Below, piece by piece: positions 51,409 through 61,915 of a stretch of 64,000 nt of DNA. Made by a program: the position numbers and the translations under genes. Position 1 is the stretch's first letter. Each line of letters starts with the position of its first letter. The stretch lies in IMG/VR virus record IMGVR_UViG_3300045988_180980; one strand, given 5' to 3'. Source of the DNA: a virus. Under the pieces are notes generated by a model, which saw only the letters and a list, made by a program, of their open reading frames with translations, did no database searches and was not told the DNA's origin.

Positions 51409-53046
51409 ATGAAAGGCTTATTTGAGATACTTACCGGAAAGAAGTGGATGATCAGTCCCGACTTCGTGCATGGCACTCGTAAGTCGCTTGAGTCTGCTCT
51501 GAATACCCATGCGGTTTGGAGAAAGCCGGAGAAGACAAGCGGATATGTCACAGCCCAGGATGCCGACGGCAAGACTTACTATCCCGAGGAATATCAAATC
51601 TCGGAGGATGGCAAGCAGGTGAGAGGCAACTGGACTTTGGATCTTCCCGACGACGACGAGCTGGCACAGAACTTCCCTTTCGTTTCGGTTCTTTCAGTTG
51701 ACGGCCCTATCACTCGCAACGGTGGCTATTGTTCGTATGGTTCAATAGACCATCGCGACATGATGATGCGAGCAGCCGATCATCCCCTTTGTCGTGGTCA
51801 CGTTTTCATCATCAATACTCCTGGCGGCTCGGCATGGGCAAAGAACGATTATGCACTTGCCATTGACTATGCACACTCCAAGGGCCAGAAGGTAATAGCC
51901 TTGGTTGATGGTCTTTGCGCTTCGGCTGGTATGTACCTCGCTTCGCTTTGCGACGAACGCTATTACATGAATCCGAAAGACCAGATTGGTTGCATCGGTG
52001 TGATGGCAGCGTTCTACACTTTGGCCAATGGCGCAAAGGATCCATACACGGATGAAACTTATCACGAAGAGTATGACCCCGAGTCTTTTGACAAGAACAA
52101 GGCTTACCGTGATATTGCTAACGAGGACGACAATAAAGAACTGATAAAGGAACTTGCTGAACTTGGAGTTGAGTTCCGTGCCGATGTAAAAAAGGCTTGC
52201 CCTAATGCAAAGGACGAACACCTGAAAGGCAAAGTGTTCAATGCAGAGGACGTGAAGGGCATTTTGATGGACGATCAGTCAACATTCATGGGAGTGGTGC
52301 AACACACCTTTGAACTATATGATGGCAGAGCTGAACTCATCAACCGTGAGCAGACGGTTGAGCCACAGAACGAGCCGGAGCCAAAGAAACCGGAAGCAAC
52401 CAACTCAAACCCTAATATCAACATGGAAAACTACCCATTGATTTGCTCTGCTTGCGGATTGCAGGCTGGCGAGATTGCCGTTACGGAAGAGGGCGCGTAT
52501 ATGAACGCCTCGCTTCTCGACTCTCTCGAAGCCCACATGAAGGAAGCCGAGCAGAAGGTGACTGATGCCGAGCAGAAAGCCACCACAGCGGAGAACGCTC
52601 TCGCAGAATTGCAGGGCAAGTTCGATGAACTCTCTGCGCAAGTTAACGCAGCCAACGAAGCAAAGGAAGTCGCGGAGACCGCACTTGCTCAGGCCAAGGA
52701 GGCTCACAGTAAAGAAATTGAAACTCTCAATGCTACACATGCCGATGCCATTGCCAAGAAGGACGACGAGTTGAAGGCTCTCACCGAGGCAAAGACTGAG
52801 ATCGAGGCAAACCTGCAGGGCGCAAAGGACGCACTCGCTACAGCCGAGCAGTCGCTTGCCGACAAGCAGGCTCAGATTGACGAGCTGACAAACGATGCCG
52901 GCACTGAGCAGAACGCTGGCAACGCTCCAGAGAACAATGGCGAGGGAGTGAAGACACCGCAGTTGCGCACCTTCGACCCCAGCAAGTACAAGACAAACGT
53001 TGAGCGCAAGGAAGCCTTCGAGCGTTTCAAGCGTGGCGAGGAGTAG
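51409..53046 (+). CDS. S49 (SppA/ClpP-fold) prohead protease fused to a coiled-coil scaffold-like C-terminal half
   Basis: VFIINTPGGSAWAKNDYA...ALVDGLCASAGMYLAS matches S49 peptidases such as lambda gpC. The C-terminal 200 aa are Ala/Glu/Lys-rich heptad-like sequence. Confidence 0.75.
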   Translation: MKGLFEILTGKKWMISPDFVHGTRKSLESALNTHAVWRKPEKTSGYVTAQDADGKTYYPEEYQISEDGKQVRGNWTLDLPDDDELAQNFPFVSVLSVDGPITRNGGYCSYGSIDHRDMMMRAADHPLCRGHVFIINTPGGSAWAKNDYALAIDYAHSKGQKVIALVDGLCASAGMYLASLCDERYYMNPKDQIGCIGVMAAFYTLANGAKDPYTDETYHEEYDPESFDKNKAYRDIANEDDNKELIKELAELGVEFRADVKKACPNAKDEHLKGKVFNAEDVKGILMDDQSTFMGVVQHTFELYDGRAELINREQTVEPQNEPEPKKPEATNSNPNINMENYPLICSACGLQAGEIAVTEEGAYMNASLLDSLEAHMKEAEQKVTDAEQKATTAENALAELQGKFDELSAQVNAANEAKEVAETALAQAKEAHSKEIETLNATHADAIAKKDDELKALTEAKTEIEANLQGAKDALATAEQSLADKQAQIDELTNDAGTEQNAGNAPENNGEGVKTPQLRTFDPSKYKTNVERKEAFERFKRGEE

Positions 53047-53099
53047 TTCAATACACACACACAAACATTTAATCACAAAATCTAATACACAGAACAATT

Positions 53100-54401
53100 A
53101 TGGCAAATCTTCCAAAAGACTTTATCGGCCTTGAGGCGTTGGAGCACGTGGCCGAGCAGGTGAGCAAGGAAATCCTCATGGGTCCTGGCTATACAGATGC
53201 GGCTGAGATGGATCGTCTTGGCATCGACATCATTAGCGGTATCCAGTTCAAGCGCACCTTCCACATCTTCCTTCGCAAGGGTGGCACTACCCGTCGTAAG
53301 GACGTTCACTCGGTGGTAAACAGCGAGGCCGGATTCCTGAAAGAGCGCACGCTTGTAGCCAAGCTCTCGTGGGATCACTTCACTGACAACGCCGACAACT
53401 ACTGTGAGACAGTATTCGGCACCGATGCCCAGGGACAGTACCCCATGTCGGCCACGGCAATGGAGGCCATCCTGCGCAACTATGCCGACAACCTTGCGGC
53501 AAACTTCTGGCCTGGCGACATCTCGCTTGACAACGGCGGTGAGAATGTGCCTGCCCACGATCAGGCAATGGCTCTCTACGATGGTATTCACACTTGCGTG
53601 AAGCACGACATCGAGGCCGGAATCATCTCTGAGGCAAACGGCAACCTCGTGCCTTGCGAGGCCATTTCGGCTCCTGCAGACAACAACGACTCCACACCTT
53701 ACGACAACTTCCTGGCTTGGCAGCGCAAGTGGGATGCCCGCCTTCGCAAGCAGCAGGTTCGCGTGTATATGTCGGAGATCACTGCAGCCAACATTGCAGC
53801 AGGCTATGCCAACAAGTATCATGGCAACTTCAAGGTTGACTATGAGGCAGGCGGTAACTTCAAACTGCCCGGTCTCTCCAAGGTCACTCTCTGTCCCGTT
53901 GCAGACTTCGGTGACGGCGACCGCATGTATGCTACCGTTGACAAGAACTTTGTGTATGGCGTAGATACACTGAGCAACGAGACTTACGTAGGCGTGAAGG
54001 TCGGTACAGACACCGATATGCGTCAAATCCAGTTCCAGATTCAGTCAATTCAGGGGGCTGGTGTAAAGGTGCCCTACAAGCACAGTTTCTGCATGTCAGA
54101 CGGCAATCTTGCCAATCCCGACCTCGTAGCCGGCGACTTCACCAACACCAACCTGGTGGTGACTCTGGCCAAGGCTAACGTTCAGGATGAGGGTGCCATT
54201 GACGGAAAGGTGCAGGTGAACGGTTCTGAGTACAAGAAGCCTGTGGAGACTACCATCAACCAGATTCTTTCTCTGGTTGCAACCGACGGCACTAACTACA
54301 AGTTCGTGTCTTGGAGCAACGGTTCAACCGAGAAGACCCTACAGCTCACCGCCACCGGCATGAACATGGGCTTGACGGCCTTCTTCAAGAAGAACGGCTA
54401 A
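53100..54401 (+). CDS. major capsid protein candidate with C-terminal repeat (Ig-like) domain
   Basis: 433 aa, directly after the protease-scaffold gene. The C-terminal 70 aa (VNGSEYKKPV...YKFVSWSNGSTEKTLQLTA) resemble the Listeria-Bacteroides repeat type. Capsid fold not verified. Confidence 0.6.
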   Translation: MANLPKDFIGLEALEHVAEQVSKEILMGPGYTDAAEMDRLGIDIISGIQFKRTFHIFLRKGGTTRRKDVHSVVNSEAGFLKERTLVAKLSWDHFTDNADNYCETVFGTDAQGQYPMSATAMEAILRNYADNLAANFWPGDISLDNGGENVPAHDQAMALYDGIHTCVKHDIEAGIISEANGNLVPCEAISAPADNNDSTPYDNFLAWQRKWDARLRKQQVRVYMSEITAANIAAGYANKYHGNFKVDYEAGGNFKLPGLSKVTLCPVADFGDGDRMYATVDKNFVYGVDTLSNETYVGVKVGTDTDMRQIQFQIQSIQGAGVKVPYKHSFCMSDGNLANPDLVAGDFTNTNLVVTLAKANVQDEGAIDGKVQVNGSEYKKPVETTINQILSLVATDGTNYKFVSWSNGSTEKTLQLTATGMNMGLTAFFKKNG

Positions 54402-54517
54402 AAAAAGACTGGATTCTCTGTCTCTATAAATCCCCGGCGGCGGTCGCTTGACCTGACGGAAAATGGTGGCCGCCGCCATTCTATTTCACTAATACACAAA
54501 CGAAAAACGCAAATATT

Positions 54518-55084
54518 ATGGCAGTAACAGCAACATGTCCTGAGTTGAAGGACGTACTCGCAGCCAATGAGTGCCTGGAGAACTTCGGTGGTCTCGGTGT
54601 GAACGTGTATGTCTTCCTGAAGAGTGACCTCAAGGCTCCTCTGAAGGCTGAAAAGAACGTTTACCCTGCGCTGACTTCCGAGTCGTTCAACACCGGCAAG
54701 GGCCTCTACAAGTTCGAGTGCAAGGAGAGCAGCCAGGGACACTCCTTCGAGTCCCTTGGACGAAGAGGCGGCTACAAGCAGCAGATTGACTATGTGCTCG
54801 AGAGTGTGAACGCAGCATCGGCAGAAGTAGGCCGTGCCTTGAACAACCTTGACCTGGGTTACATCTTCCAAGACGGCGACAAGAGTATCATCGTGTATGA
54901 TCCTCAGCACAAGGTAGAGTATGCCTCGGGTGGCATCAAGGGCGACACGGGCAAGAAAGCCGATGACGAGCGCAGCGTGACTTGCAGCGGGACCCTGCAA
55001 CCCTGTATTTACGGACGCTATGAGATTGCCGAGCCCGAAGGCGGCTGGGATTCTCTGCTGGCTTCAAAGGCCGTAGCCGCATAA
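54518..55084 (+). CDS. hypothetical structural-module protein
   Basis: 188-aa ORF between the capsid and portal genes. Confidence 0.5.
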   Translation: MAVTATCPELKDVLAANECLENFGGLGVNVYVFLKSDLKAPLKAEKNVYPALTSESFNTGKGLYKFECKESSQGHSFESLGRRGGYKQQIDYVLESVNAASAEVGRALNNLDLGYIFQDGDKSIIVYDPQHKVEYASGGIKGDTGKKADDERSVTCSGTLQPCIYGRYEIAEPEGGWDSLLASKAVAA

Positions 55085-55291
55085 GCAACAGGTTCGTACC
55101 GAACGTATATCAGGATGTCCCGGCACCAGCCTCTTGCATCGACAAGGATGCAGAGAGGCGGTGCCGGGATTCTTTTTTGCTCTGCCGCACCTGCCGCTGT
55201 CCGCCCTGCGGAGGTGTAACACGCTAACTTTACACAAGAAACAAACAAGGTATCGCGTTTATCGCAACCACATACGACTCATATACGTAAC

Positions 55292-57025
55292 ATGCACAAA
55301 GTATCTTCTATCTCCCAGCTCCAACAGCGTAGTGAGGAGCTTAAGGCGCAAGGCTACGAGGCTGTGCGCCCTGCCGCGTTCGTTAGACCCAACTCCGATG
55401 GCAGCCGCACATTCTCTTGGGGCGAATATGTCCACTCCATGCTCATGTCTTCGGCACAGGGTACGGCAGGAGCAGGCAATGCCCGTCGCGAGATAAGCAC
55501 AGTGTTTGCCTCCAGCGGCGGCGAGAACAAAGCCGTGCCGCAAGGTGTGGGCACACCGGGGCTTGGCTTTATGGAATGGGGCTTGGGCAACCGCCTGCCC
55601 AACCTCGTGTATCTGCTCTCCAAGATGTCGCCGTTCACGGCAGCAGGCATCGAGTTCGTCAAGAAGATACTCGTGGGGCGCGGTCCTGTACCCAAGTACC
55701 ACTATGTGCAGTACGTAGGCGGCAACATCACCGAGAAGTTCATTCCCTTTATGGTAGCTGGTGTGTTGCTCCGGGGCCAGATTGCCGACCTTAAGGTTAA
55801 GGAAGACAAAATGTCACAATCTGGAAATCAATCGTCAGAGTTGAATAACCAATTCTTACAATCGAAATCCGAAGACTCCGAGGAAATGAAGTCGCTCAAG
55901 GCGGCACTGGCAGAATGGGAGCGCACCAACAACGAGTTGCAGGCGTTCATCGACAGCAACGACCTCCACAAGACCTACCTCGACATGGCTGGCGATATGG
56001 CTCTCATGTCGCAGTGCTTCTGCGAACTGCAGCTCAACCAGCGGCAGCTGGATGCCGATGGGCATCCCGTGCCTACGTCGCAATGGGACCCGAAGGTTAT
56101 CGGACTGAAACCGCGCTCGGTGTTCACCACCCGCTTGGAGCGCATGGACGACCAGTATCGCATCAACTATGCCTACACCTCTAATCAGTGGCTCGACTCA
56201 TCGCAGTCGGATGCCTCGCTCAATCCCGAGGACATGCGCATTGCCGCCGTGCCTTATCTCGCTCCCGACACTGCCGTGAAGGAACTTGAACGCCGTGTGC
56301 GTGAGGCTCGTCAGCAGCGAGTGAGCCGCAAGAACCGACCTACACGCTTTATCATGTCGCCACGCGACTTCGGTGGTCCTTACTATGCCGATGCTCTTTG
56401 GCACAGCATCTTTGCCGGAAGCATCTTTGAGTATGCCTTCACCATTGTTGACGACCGACTGACCCGCAAGCGCAACTCGAACATCATCGGTCGCGTCATC
56501 TACATTCATCAGGAATACCTCAAGCAGCTCTACACCCAACAGGGCGAGAACAAGAGCAAGACGATTGCACAGATACAGCAGGAGGTGTTCAGTGACATCA
56601 ATACCTGGCTCTCCAACCCCGACAACGCAGGCCAGGCCCTCATCTCTGCCGTGTTCACCGGCTTGGACGGCAAGGAGCACAAGGCGTGGGAGATTGTAGA
56701 AATTGAGAGCAAGGCAAACTCACAGGCACAGGCCGAGAAGACCGAGCTTCAGGAGATTTCCTCCATCATCTTCTTCGCCATGGGTCTCGACTCCAAGCTC
56801 ATCGGCAACACCCCAGGCGACGCCACATCATCGGGCGGCACCGACCTCCGTGAGCGTTTCCTTGTCAAGCAGATTCAGTTCGCACCAATGCAGCAGCTTA
56901 TGCTTCGACCACTCGAAGTGATAACGAGAGTGAACAAATGGGACTCGCACCTGGTGTGGCAGATAGACCGCGAAGTGCTCACCACACTGGATAACTCGAA
57001 GACGGGAGTGACGATGCAGGAATAA
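55292..57025 (+). CDS. portal protein candidate
   Basis: 577 aa, the only portal-sized ORF in the head module. The FMEWGLGNRLPN...SPFTAAGIEFVKKILVGRG block resembles portals of Bacteroidetes phages. Unverified. Confidence 0.55.
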   Translation: MHKVSSISQLQQRSEELKAQGYEAVRPAAFVRPNSDGSRTFSWGEYVHSMLMSSAQGTAGAGNARREISTVFASSGGENKAVPQGVGTPGLGFMEWGLGNRLPNLVYLLSKMSPFTAAGIEFVKKILVGRGPVPKYHYVQYVGGNITEKFIPFMVAGVLLRGQIADLKVKEDKMSQSGNQSSELNNQFLQSKSEDSEEMKSLKAALAEWERTNNELQAFIDSNDLHKTYLDMAGDMALMSQCFCELQLNQRQLDADGHPVPTSQWDPKVIGLKPRSVFTTRLERMDDQYRINYAYTSNQWLDSSQSDASLNPEDMRIAAVPYLAPDTAVKELERRVREARQQRVSRKNRPTRFIMSPRDFGGPYYADALWHSIFAGSIFEYAFTIVDDRLTRKRNSNIIGRVIYIHQEYLKQLYTQQGENKSKTIAQIQQEVFSDINTWLSNPDNAGQALISAVFTGLDGKEHKAWEIVEIESKANSQAQAEKTELQEISSIIFFAMGLDSKLIGNTPGDATSSGGTDLRERFLVKQIQFAPMQQLMLRPLEVITRVNKWDSHLVWQIDREVLTTLDNSKTGVTMQE

Positions 57026-57038
57026 TGAGGCAACACAA

Positions 57039-57049
57039 GGATTTATAGA
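57039..57049 (+). promoter_or_regulatory. GGATTTATAG(A) motif, copy 1
   Basis: caaGGATTTATAGAaaATG, ending 2 nt before ATG 57052. Confidence 0.5.
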
Positions 57050-57051
57050 AA

Positions 57052-57822
57052 ATGATAGAACTGAATAAGATATATAATGAAGACTGCCTCGAAGGAATGA
57101 AAAGGATTCCGAACGGAAGCGTGGATTGCATTGTGTGCGATTTGCCGTACGAAGTTCTGAACAAAGGCAATGAAAAAGCACAATGGGACAACATCATTCC
57201 GATGGAGCCACTATTCAAGGAGTACTGGCGCATAGCAAAACCAAACGCTCCCGTCATCCTCTTTTGCCAGGGAATGTTCACGGCGCAGTTGATGATGGCA
57301 GAGCCTAAGAACTGGCGGTATAATCTGATTTGGCAGAAGGACAGACCTACAGGCTTCCTCAATGCGAAGCGTATGCCTATGCGAAGCCACGAAGACATTG
57401 CCGTGTTCTATCGCGCCTTACCTACATTCAATCCGCAAATGCGTCAAGGATTCCCTTCTCATTCTCGAGGAAACAAGCAAGGCAAGCCAAAAGGCAACGC
57501 TTGTTATGGCAACTACAATATCGAGACTTATTCCAAGGAAACGACAACCGATAAATATCCCATATCGGTGTTGTATTTCGGCAAGGAAAAGGAACTGGAT
57601 ATGCACCCCACCCAAAAGCCCGTAGCTCTTATCCAGTATCTCATCCGCACCTACTCCAATGAGGGTGACACCATATTGGACAACTGCATGGGCAGCGGCA
57701 CCACCGCCATTGCTTGTATAAAAGAGAAACGCAACTTCATCGGCTTTGAACTCAACAAGGAGTATTACGACAAGGCTTGTAAGCGCATCAAGTTGGAGCA
57801 AGCGCAGCTCACGCTGTTCTGA
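57052..57822 (+). CDS. beta-class DNA methyltransferase (N6-adenine or N4-cytosine)
   Basis: Motif IV VDCIVCDLPY, then HPTQKPVALIQYLI, then motif I ILDNCMGSGTTAIAC. The circular order IV then I defines the beta class. Confidence 0.85.
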   Translation: MIELNKIYNEDCLEGMKRIPNGSVDCIVCDLPYEVLNKGNEKAQWDNIIPMEPLFKEYWRIAKPNAPVILFCQGMFTAQLMMAEPKNWRYNLIWQKDRPTGFLNAKRMPMRSHEDIAVFYRALPTFNPQMRQGFPSHSRGNKQGKPKGNACYGNYNIETYSKETTTDKYPISVLYFGKEKELDMHPTQKPVALIQYLIRTYSNEGDTILDNCMGSGTTAIACIKEKRNFIGFELNKEYYDKACKRIKLEQAQLTLF

Positions 57823-57851
57823 TAACTCAAAATTCAAAATTAGCATAGTAT

Positions 57852-58808
57852 ATGATCATCTCAACATTGAAAGAATTTCGGCTGTATGTGCCCAGTTGTG
57901 CCTTTGACGAGTTCACCTCGTTTCAGGCGCAGATTGACAGCAGCGAACAGGACGTATTGAAGGACAAACTGGGCGACGCGCTCTATGTTCGCCTGTGCGA
58001 GTACTATAAGACCCTCTCGCCCGATGCACTCTATGACGACATCACGAGCGGCGAGTATGCCAAGGAACCGTGGAAGGTGCTCCTGCTCTGTTCGCAGCGC
58101 ATCGTGGCCGCCGATGCCGAGGCTCGCAGTCTCCCCAAACAGCAGTTGTCGGTCAACGGCATGGGCGTGAACGTGGCCTCGAGCAATGACTATGATGCCG
58201 CTTCCGACAAGCAGGTAGATAAGGCGGCACAGAGTTATAAGGCCGATGTCATGCGTGATACCAACATCCTGCTCTGCCTGCTGGAGGAGTGGGCCAGGAC
58301 CGAGGATGCTCACGAGAGCGCCAGGGAGATAGCCGAACTGTGGAAGCAGTCGCGGTTCTATTACTTCTGCAGCGGGCTGATATTCCCGTCACACGATGTG
58401 CTCTCCCACTACCTGCACCACTTCGACAACCGCTTCAAGTTCATCTGTCTCATTCCCGACATCCGCTTCATACAGGAGGAGTACCTGGCCGAGTTTGTGG
58501 GTGCCGACCTCCTGACAGAGACCATGAAGGACGACACGCGGGAGAACGTATTGCTCGACAAACTGCGCAAGCTGGCCGCCGCCTTCTTGACGGAGCGCAC
58601 CTCGGTGATAGCCTTCGACAAGCAGCAGCGCCAGACGGCACACAACGACAGCGTGCTTCTGCGCGAGAGCATCATGCGCCTGCTGAAGAAGCGCGAGGAG
58701 GATAGCCGCCGCGAGCCCGACACCGCCGCGCCCGCTCCCGCCGAAGAGAAAGGCTACGAGAACAACCAGCCCGGCAGCAAGATATTCGTATCGCCGCTGC
58801 TGTACTGA
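57852..58808 (+). CDS. hypothetical protein
   Basis: 318-aa ORF. Confidence 0.55.
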   Translation: MIISTLKEFRLYVPSCAFDEFTSFQAQIDSSEQDVLKDKLGDALYVRLCEYYKTLSPDALYDDITSGEYAKEPWKVLLLCSQRIVAADAEARSLPKQQLSVNGMGVNVASSNDYDAASDKQVDKAAQSYKADVMRDTNILLCLLEEWARTEDAHESAREIAELWKQSRFYYFCSGLIFPSHDVLSHYLHHFDNRFKFICLIPDIRFIQEEYLAEFVGADLLTETMKDDTRENVLLDKLRKLAAAFLTERTSVIAFDKQQRQTAHNDSVLLRESIMRLLKKREEDSRREPDTAAPAPAEEKGYENNQPGSKIFVSPLLY

Positions 58809-58834
58809 GCATTATATATAATAAAGGTATATAT

Positions 58835-59911
58835 ATGGAAACAGAAGACATCATCAGAACGCTCACGCCTGCCCTCTCCTCCCGCATGCTCAGCACGGAG
58901 CAGCGCGAGGCTTTCGAGCAGGGGCTTTCCCTGCTGGAGCAGGCCGCGTGTGCCACTGCCTTTGTGCGCGACAGCCGTCGTTTCCGCGACTACCACCGCC
59001 GCGTGCGCCAGTTGCTCACCTGTCTGCAGACCATGCAGACCACCGCCGCCGCGCCTGCCAAGCGCCACGTGGGCCGTCCCACCAAGGAGGAGCAGGCCGC
59101 TTATGCCCAGGCACAGAGGGAGAGGGCGCTTGAGGAGTCGCGCCGCAGCCTCTTCCCCGAGGTGAAGCCCGACATCACCGTACAGCCGCTTACCTACGGC
59201 GGCATAGTGGCCAACCCCGCTGGTGAGAGCATAGCCGCCACCATGCCCAACCTCATGCAGTTGCGTCCCTTCCTGTCCAAGCGGCTGCAGGAGCGCGTCA
59301 ACACCGTGCGCGACCTGCGCAACGAGATGGCCTCCAAGGCCGAGCAGGCCAAGACGATGGCCGAGGCCAACGAGAAAGCCGTGGGGAAAGGACAGAGTGC
59401 ACTCTACACGGAAGGGGAGGTTGCCGCTCTTGCCGCCCGTGCCGTGGAAATCGAGAGCCACCTCCTGCCTGCCATCTATCAGGCGGTGGATGAGGAGATG
59501 GGCGAGGTGTATCTGCGCCTGAGCCGCCGCACGGGCGACCCCGAATATATAGCGTATGTTGAGAAGGCCTTCAACATCGCGCCGCAGGACTTGCGCACCC
59601 AGTTCAAGCCGTTCTATGAGAAGGCACAGGCACGCAACCCGCTGTTTGCCGACACGGTGGCCCGCAAGATAGCCGAAGACCGTCCCGAGGTGAAGGCTGC
59701 CCGCGATGCTGCTGCCAAGCACAAGGCCGAGGCCGACGCGCTCATCAAGTACATCATACGCAAGGACAAACCCGCCACCCGGAAACGTGTGGAGGGGATG
59801 ACTGAGCGCATCCAGCGGTTGCGCCAGGAATACAACGATATAGTCTCGGAGGAGGAGGTCATGGGATATGAGTTGCTTCTCCGTAAGACTGTGGAAGAGG
59901 CGGGGAAGTGA
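58835..59911 (+). CDS. hypothetical protein
   Basis: 358-aa ORF, Ala/Arg/Glu-rich and helical-looking. Confidence 0.55.
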   Translation: METEDIIRTLTPALSSRMLSTEQREAFEQGLSLLEQAACATAFVRDSRRFRDYHRRVRQLLTCLQTMQTTAAAPAKRHVGRPTKEEQAAYAQAQRERALEESRRSLFPEVKPDITVQPLTYGGIVANPAGESIAATMPNLMQLRPFLSKRLQERVNTVRDLRNEMASKAEQAKTMAEANEKAVGKGQSALYTEGEVAALAARAVEIESHLLPAIYQAVDEEMGEVYLRLSRRTGDPEYIAYVEKAFNIAPQDLRTQFKPFYEKAQARNPLFADTVARKIAEDRPEVKAARDAAAKHKAEADALIKYIIRKDKPATRKRVEGMTERIQRLRQEYNDIVSEEEVMGYELLLRKTVEEAGK

Positions 59912-59955
59912 CTCTTTCTTCTTTATGTCTTAAACATGAATTGTTTTTAGAGTGC

Positions 59956-59999
59956 GGTGCCGTCCCGCTTCCCGTTCCGGGCGGCACCCTGTTTCTTTG
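59956..59999 (+). terminator. Hairpin terminator candidate
   Basis: GGTGCCG(t)CCCG...CGGG-CGGCACC followed by ctgtttctttgt. Confidence 0.55.
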
Positions 60000-60024
60000 T
60001 CCGTACCGTGCGGCAGGGAAAAGC

Positions 60025-60032
60025 TAATTTTG
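60025..60032 (+). promoter_or_regulatory. Bacteroidetes-type -7 box (TAATTTTG)
   Basis: gcTAATTTTGagg, 23 nt upstream of ATG 60055. Confidence 0.5.
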
Positions 60033-60054
60033 AGGGTGTAAATACAAGGAGCGA

Positions 60055-61158
60055 ATGAAAAGAACAGATAAAGGCATGAATACCATACGCAAGACAGACC
60101 TTCGCCTGCCCCGCTCATGGAACGAGTGCAGCACGGAGCAGCTGGAACTCATCTCGCGCATCCTGCTGGAGCAGATAGAGCGTGCCGACCGCTACCATCC
60201 CTTCGATATGCGCAACGTGAAGCTTGCCTGCTTCTTTGTGCTCTCGGGGCTTGAGGTGGTGGAGGGACCGTCGCTCTCGTTGCCCATAGGCGAGCAGTAC
60301 TACCTGTGCCGCCTCTCCCCTTCCGGCAAGGGCTGGCGCAGATGGTTCGGCCACCGCAGCGGTGGCGGCGACACGTTCCCGCTCTATCTGTGGGAGATCA
60401 ACTACTGGCTCTCGCCCAAGGCCAGCACCAAGGACCGCCAGTCGGTAGAATACATATCCTCGGGTGCCGGAATCCTCGACTGGATGGACCGCGACTCTGG
60501 CAGCAAGCTCACCCGCTTCCCCTACCCCACGCTTCGCCTTCGCATCCCCGGTCATTGGCAGTGCAGGCGCACCGAGTTCCAGGGTCCTGCACCCGACATG
60601 GATGGCTTCTCGTGGCAGCAGTATCGCTTTGCCTCCGACCTCATGGGGCAATACACCCAGCTCTCCAACAACCTGGTGCGCATGCAGCGGATGGGGTCGT
60701 TCACACCCGTGCAGATGGAGCAGCAGACCCACAGCGTGAACGAGGCCCGTGCCATGTTCCTGGCTACCGTCTTCAACCGCCGAATCCCCTACCTCGACCC
60801 CAACACCTCGCTGCGCACCGTGGATTTCCATTATGACACGCGGCAGTTCCGCGCCAATGCCCGCTACTTCTGCCAGTTTCCCGACCACCGCTGGCAACCC
60901 GTCCTCTTCTGGTGGACGGGCATGATGCACACGCTGAGCCGTCGCTTCCCGCATGTGTTCAAGGTGCAGCCCACCGACAGCAAGCAGCGCCCCTCCACCC
61001 CGCTGGAGATATACACCGCTACCATCGCTACCATGCAGAAGTACGCCTCGCTCACCGAAGACCAGGTGAACAACCAGTCGTACTCGCTCGTGCTGGAGCA
61101 CTTGGAGCGGCTCTCGAAGGAGAATGAGGAGATGGAGAGAATAAGAAAGAGTAAGTGA
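60055..61158 (+). CDS. hypothetical protein
   Basis: 367-aa ORF. The long antisense ORF 60115..61248 is taken as a shadow. Confidence 0.55.
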   Translation: MKRTDKGMNTIRKTDLRLPRSWNECSTEQLELISRILLEQIERADRYHPFDMRNVKLACFFVLSGLEVVEGPSLSLPIGEQYYLCRLSPSGKGWRRWFGHRSGGGDTFPLYLWEINYWLSPKASTKDRQSVEYISSGAGILDWMDRDSGSKLTRFPYPTLRLRIPGHWQCRRTEFQGPAPDMDGFSWQQYRFASDLMGQYTQLSNNLVRMQRMGSFTPVQMEQQTHSVNEARAMFLATVFNRRIPYLDPNTSLRTVDFHYDTRQFRANARYFCQFPDHRWQPVLFWWTGMMHTLSRRFPHVFKVQPTDSKQRPSTPLEIYTATIATMQKYASLTEDQVNNQSYSLVLEHLERLSKENEEMERIRKSK

Positions 61159-61183
61159 AAAGTCCCTGCGGGGAGATATAAAA

Positions 61184-61193
61184 GGATTTATAG
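61184..61193 (+). promoter_or_regulatory. GGATTTATAG motif, copy 2
   Basis: aaaGGATTTATAGcaATG, ending 2 nt before ATG 61196. Confidence 0.5.
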
Positions 61194-61195
61194 CA

Positions 61196-61456
61196 ATGAA
61201 GATAATTAAAGGAAGACAATACATCGTTACGGTCAATCCTGCATACATCAGTTATTTGTATAAGCACCGGGTGGGCGATAAGTCGCAGACAGAGATTCTT
61301 CGCGAAGTAATGCAGGATATAGATGATTTGCTTGAAGGAAAGGTAAGGTGGATAACCCGATTTGTCATGCCCGACGGGTCGCCATCGTTCACCATCACGC
61401 CACTTGTGCAGCACAACCTGCAAGAACTACACAAGGCGAAGCGAAGAAAGAGATGA
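61196..61456 (+). CDS. hypothetical protein
   Basis: 86-aa ORF. Confidence 0.45.
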   Translation: MKIIKGRQYIVTVNPAYISYLYKHRVGDKSQTEILREVMQDIDDLLEGKVRWITRFVMPDGSPSFTITPLVQHNLQELHKAKRRKR

Positions 61457-61474
61457 TAATCGAACAACATTAAC

Positions 61475-61484
61475 GGATTTATGG
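61475..61484 (+). promoter_or_regulatory. GGATTTATGG motif, copy 3 (variant)
   Basis: aacGGATTTATGGagattATG. By analogy with the other copies, the real start is taken as ATG 61490. Confidence 0.45.
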
Positions 61485-61489
61485 AGATT

Positions 61490-61915
61490 ATGACAACAGA
61501 AAAAACAAAAGAGCTGATAGCAGCGCTGTATCGCACAGCCGTGATGCAGGCTTATGTTGACGGTAAGCAGATACAGTATTTCAACACTTTGAAAGGGAAA
61601 TGGGAAGATATTGCAGCCCCGAGATGGTCACAGTCCTGTCGTTATCGTATCAAACCCCAACCTGAGTATCGTCCATTCGTCAACGCCGAAGAGTGTTGGC
61701 AGGAAATGCAGAAGCATCAGCCGTTTGGTTGGATTAAGGACAAGGAAGACGGCCATTATGCTATGGTCACGGTGGTAGGTTCTGGTGGAGACATGAAGTG
61801 TATTGCGATAAGTGGCAATGATTGTTGGCCTTTCAATGAAACAATGAGAGACTACACCTTTGCCGATGGCTCACCCTTCGGCATACTTACTGAAGAAGAG
61901 GAGAACCAAAGATGA
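61490..61915 (+). CDS. hypothetical protein
   Basis: ORF 61481 trimmed to ATG 61490 (MTTEKTKEL...). The start is ambiguous by 9 nt. Confidence 0.5.
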   Translation: MTTEKTKELIAALYRTAVMQAYVDGKQIQYFNTLKGKWEDIAAPRWSQSCRYRIKPQPEYRPFVNAEECWQEMQKHQPFGWIKDKEDGHYAMVTVVGSGGDMKCIAISGNDCWPFNETMRDYTFADGSPFGILTEEEENQR

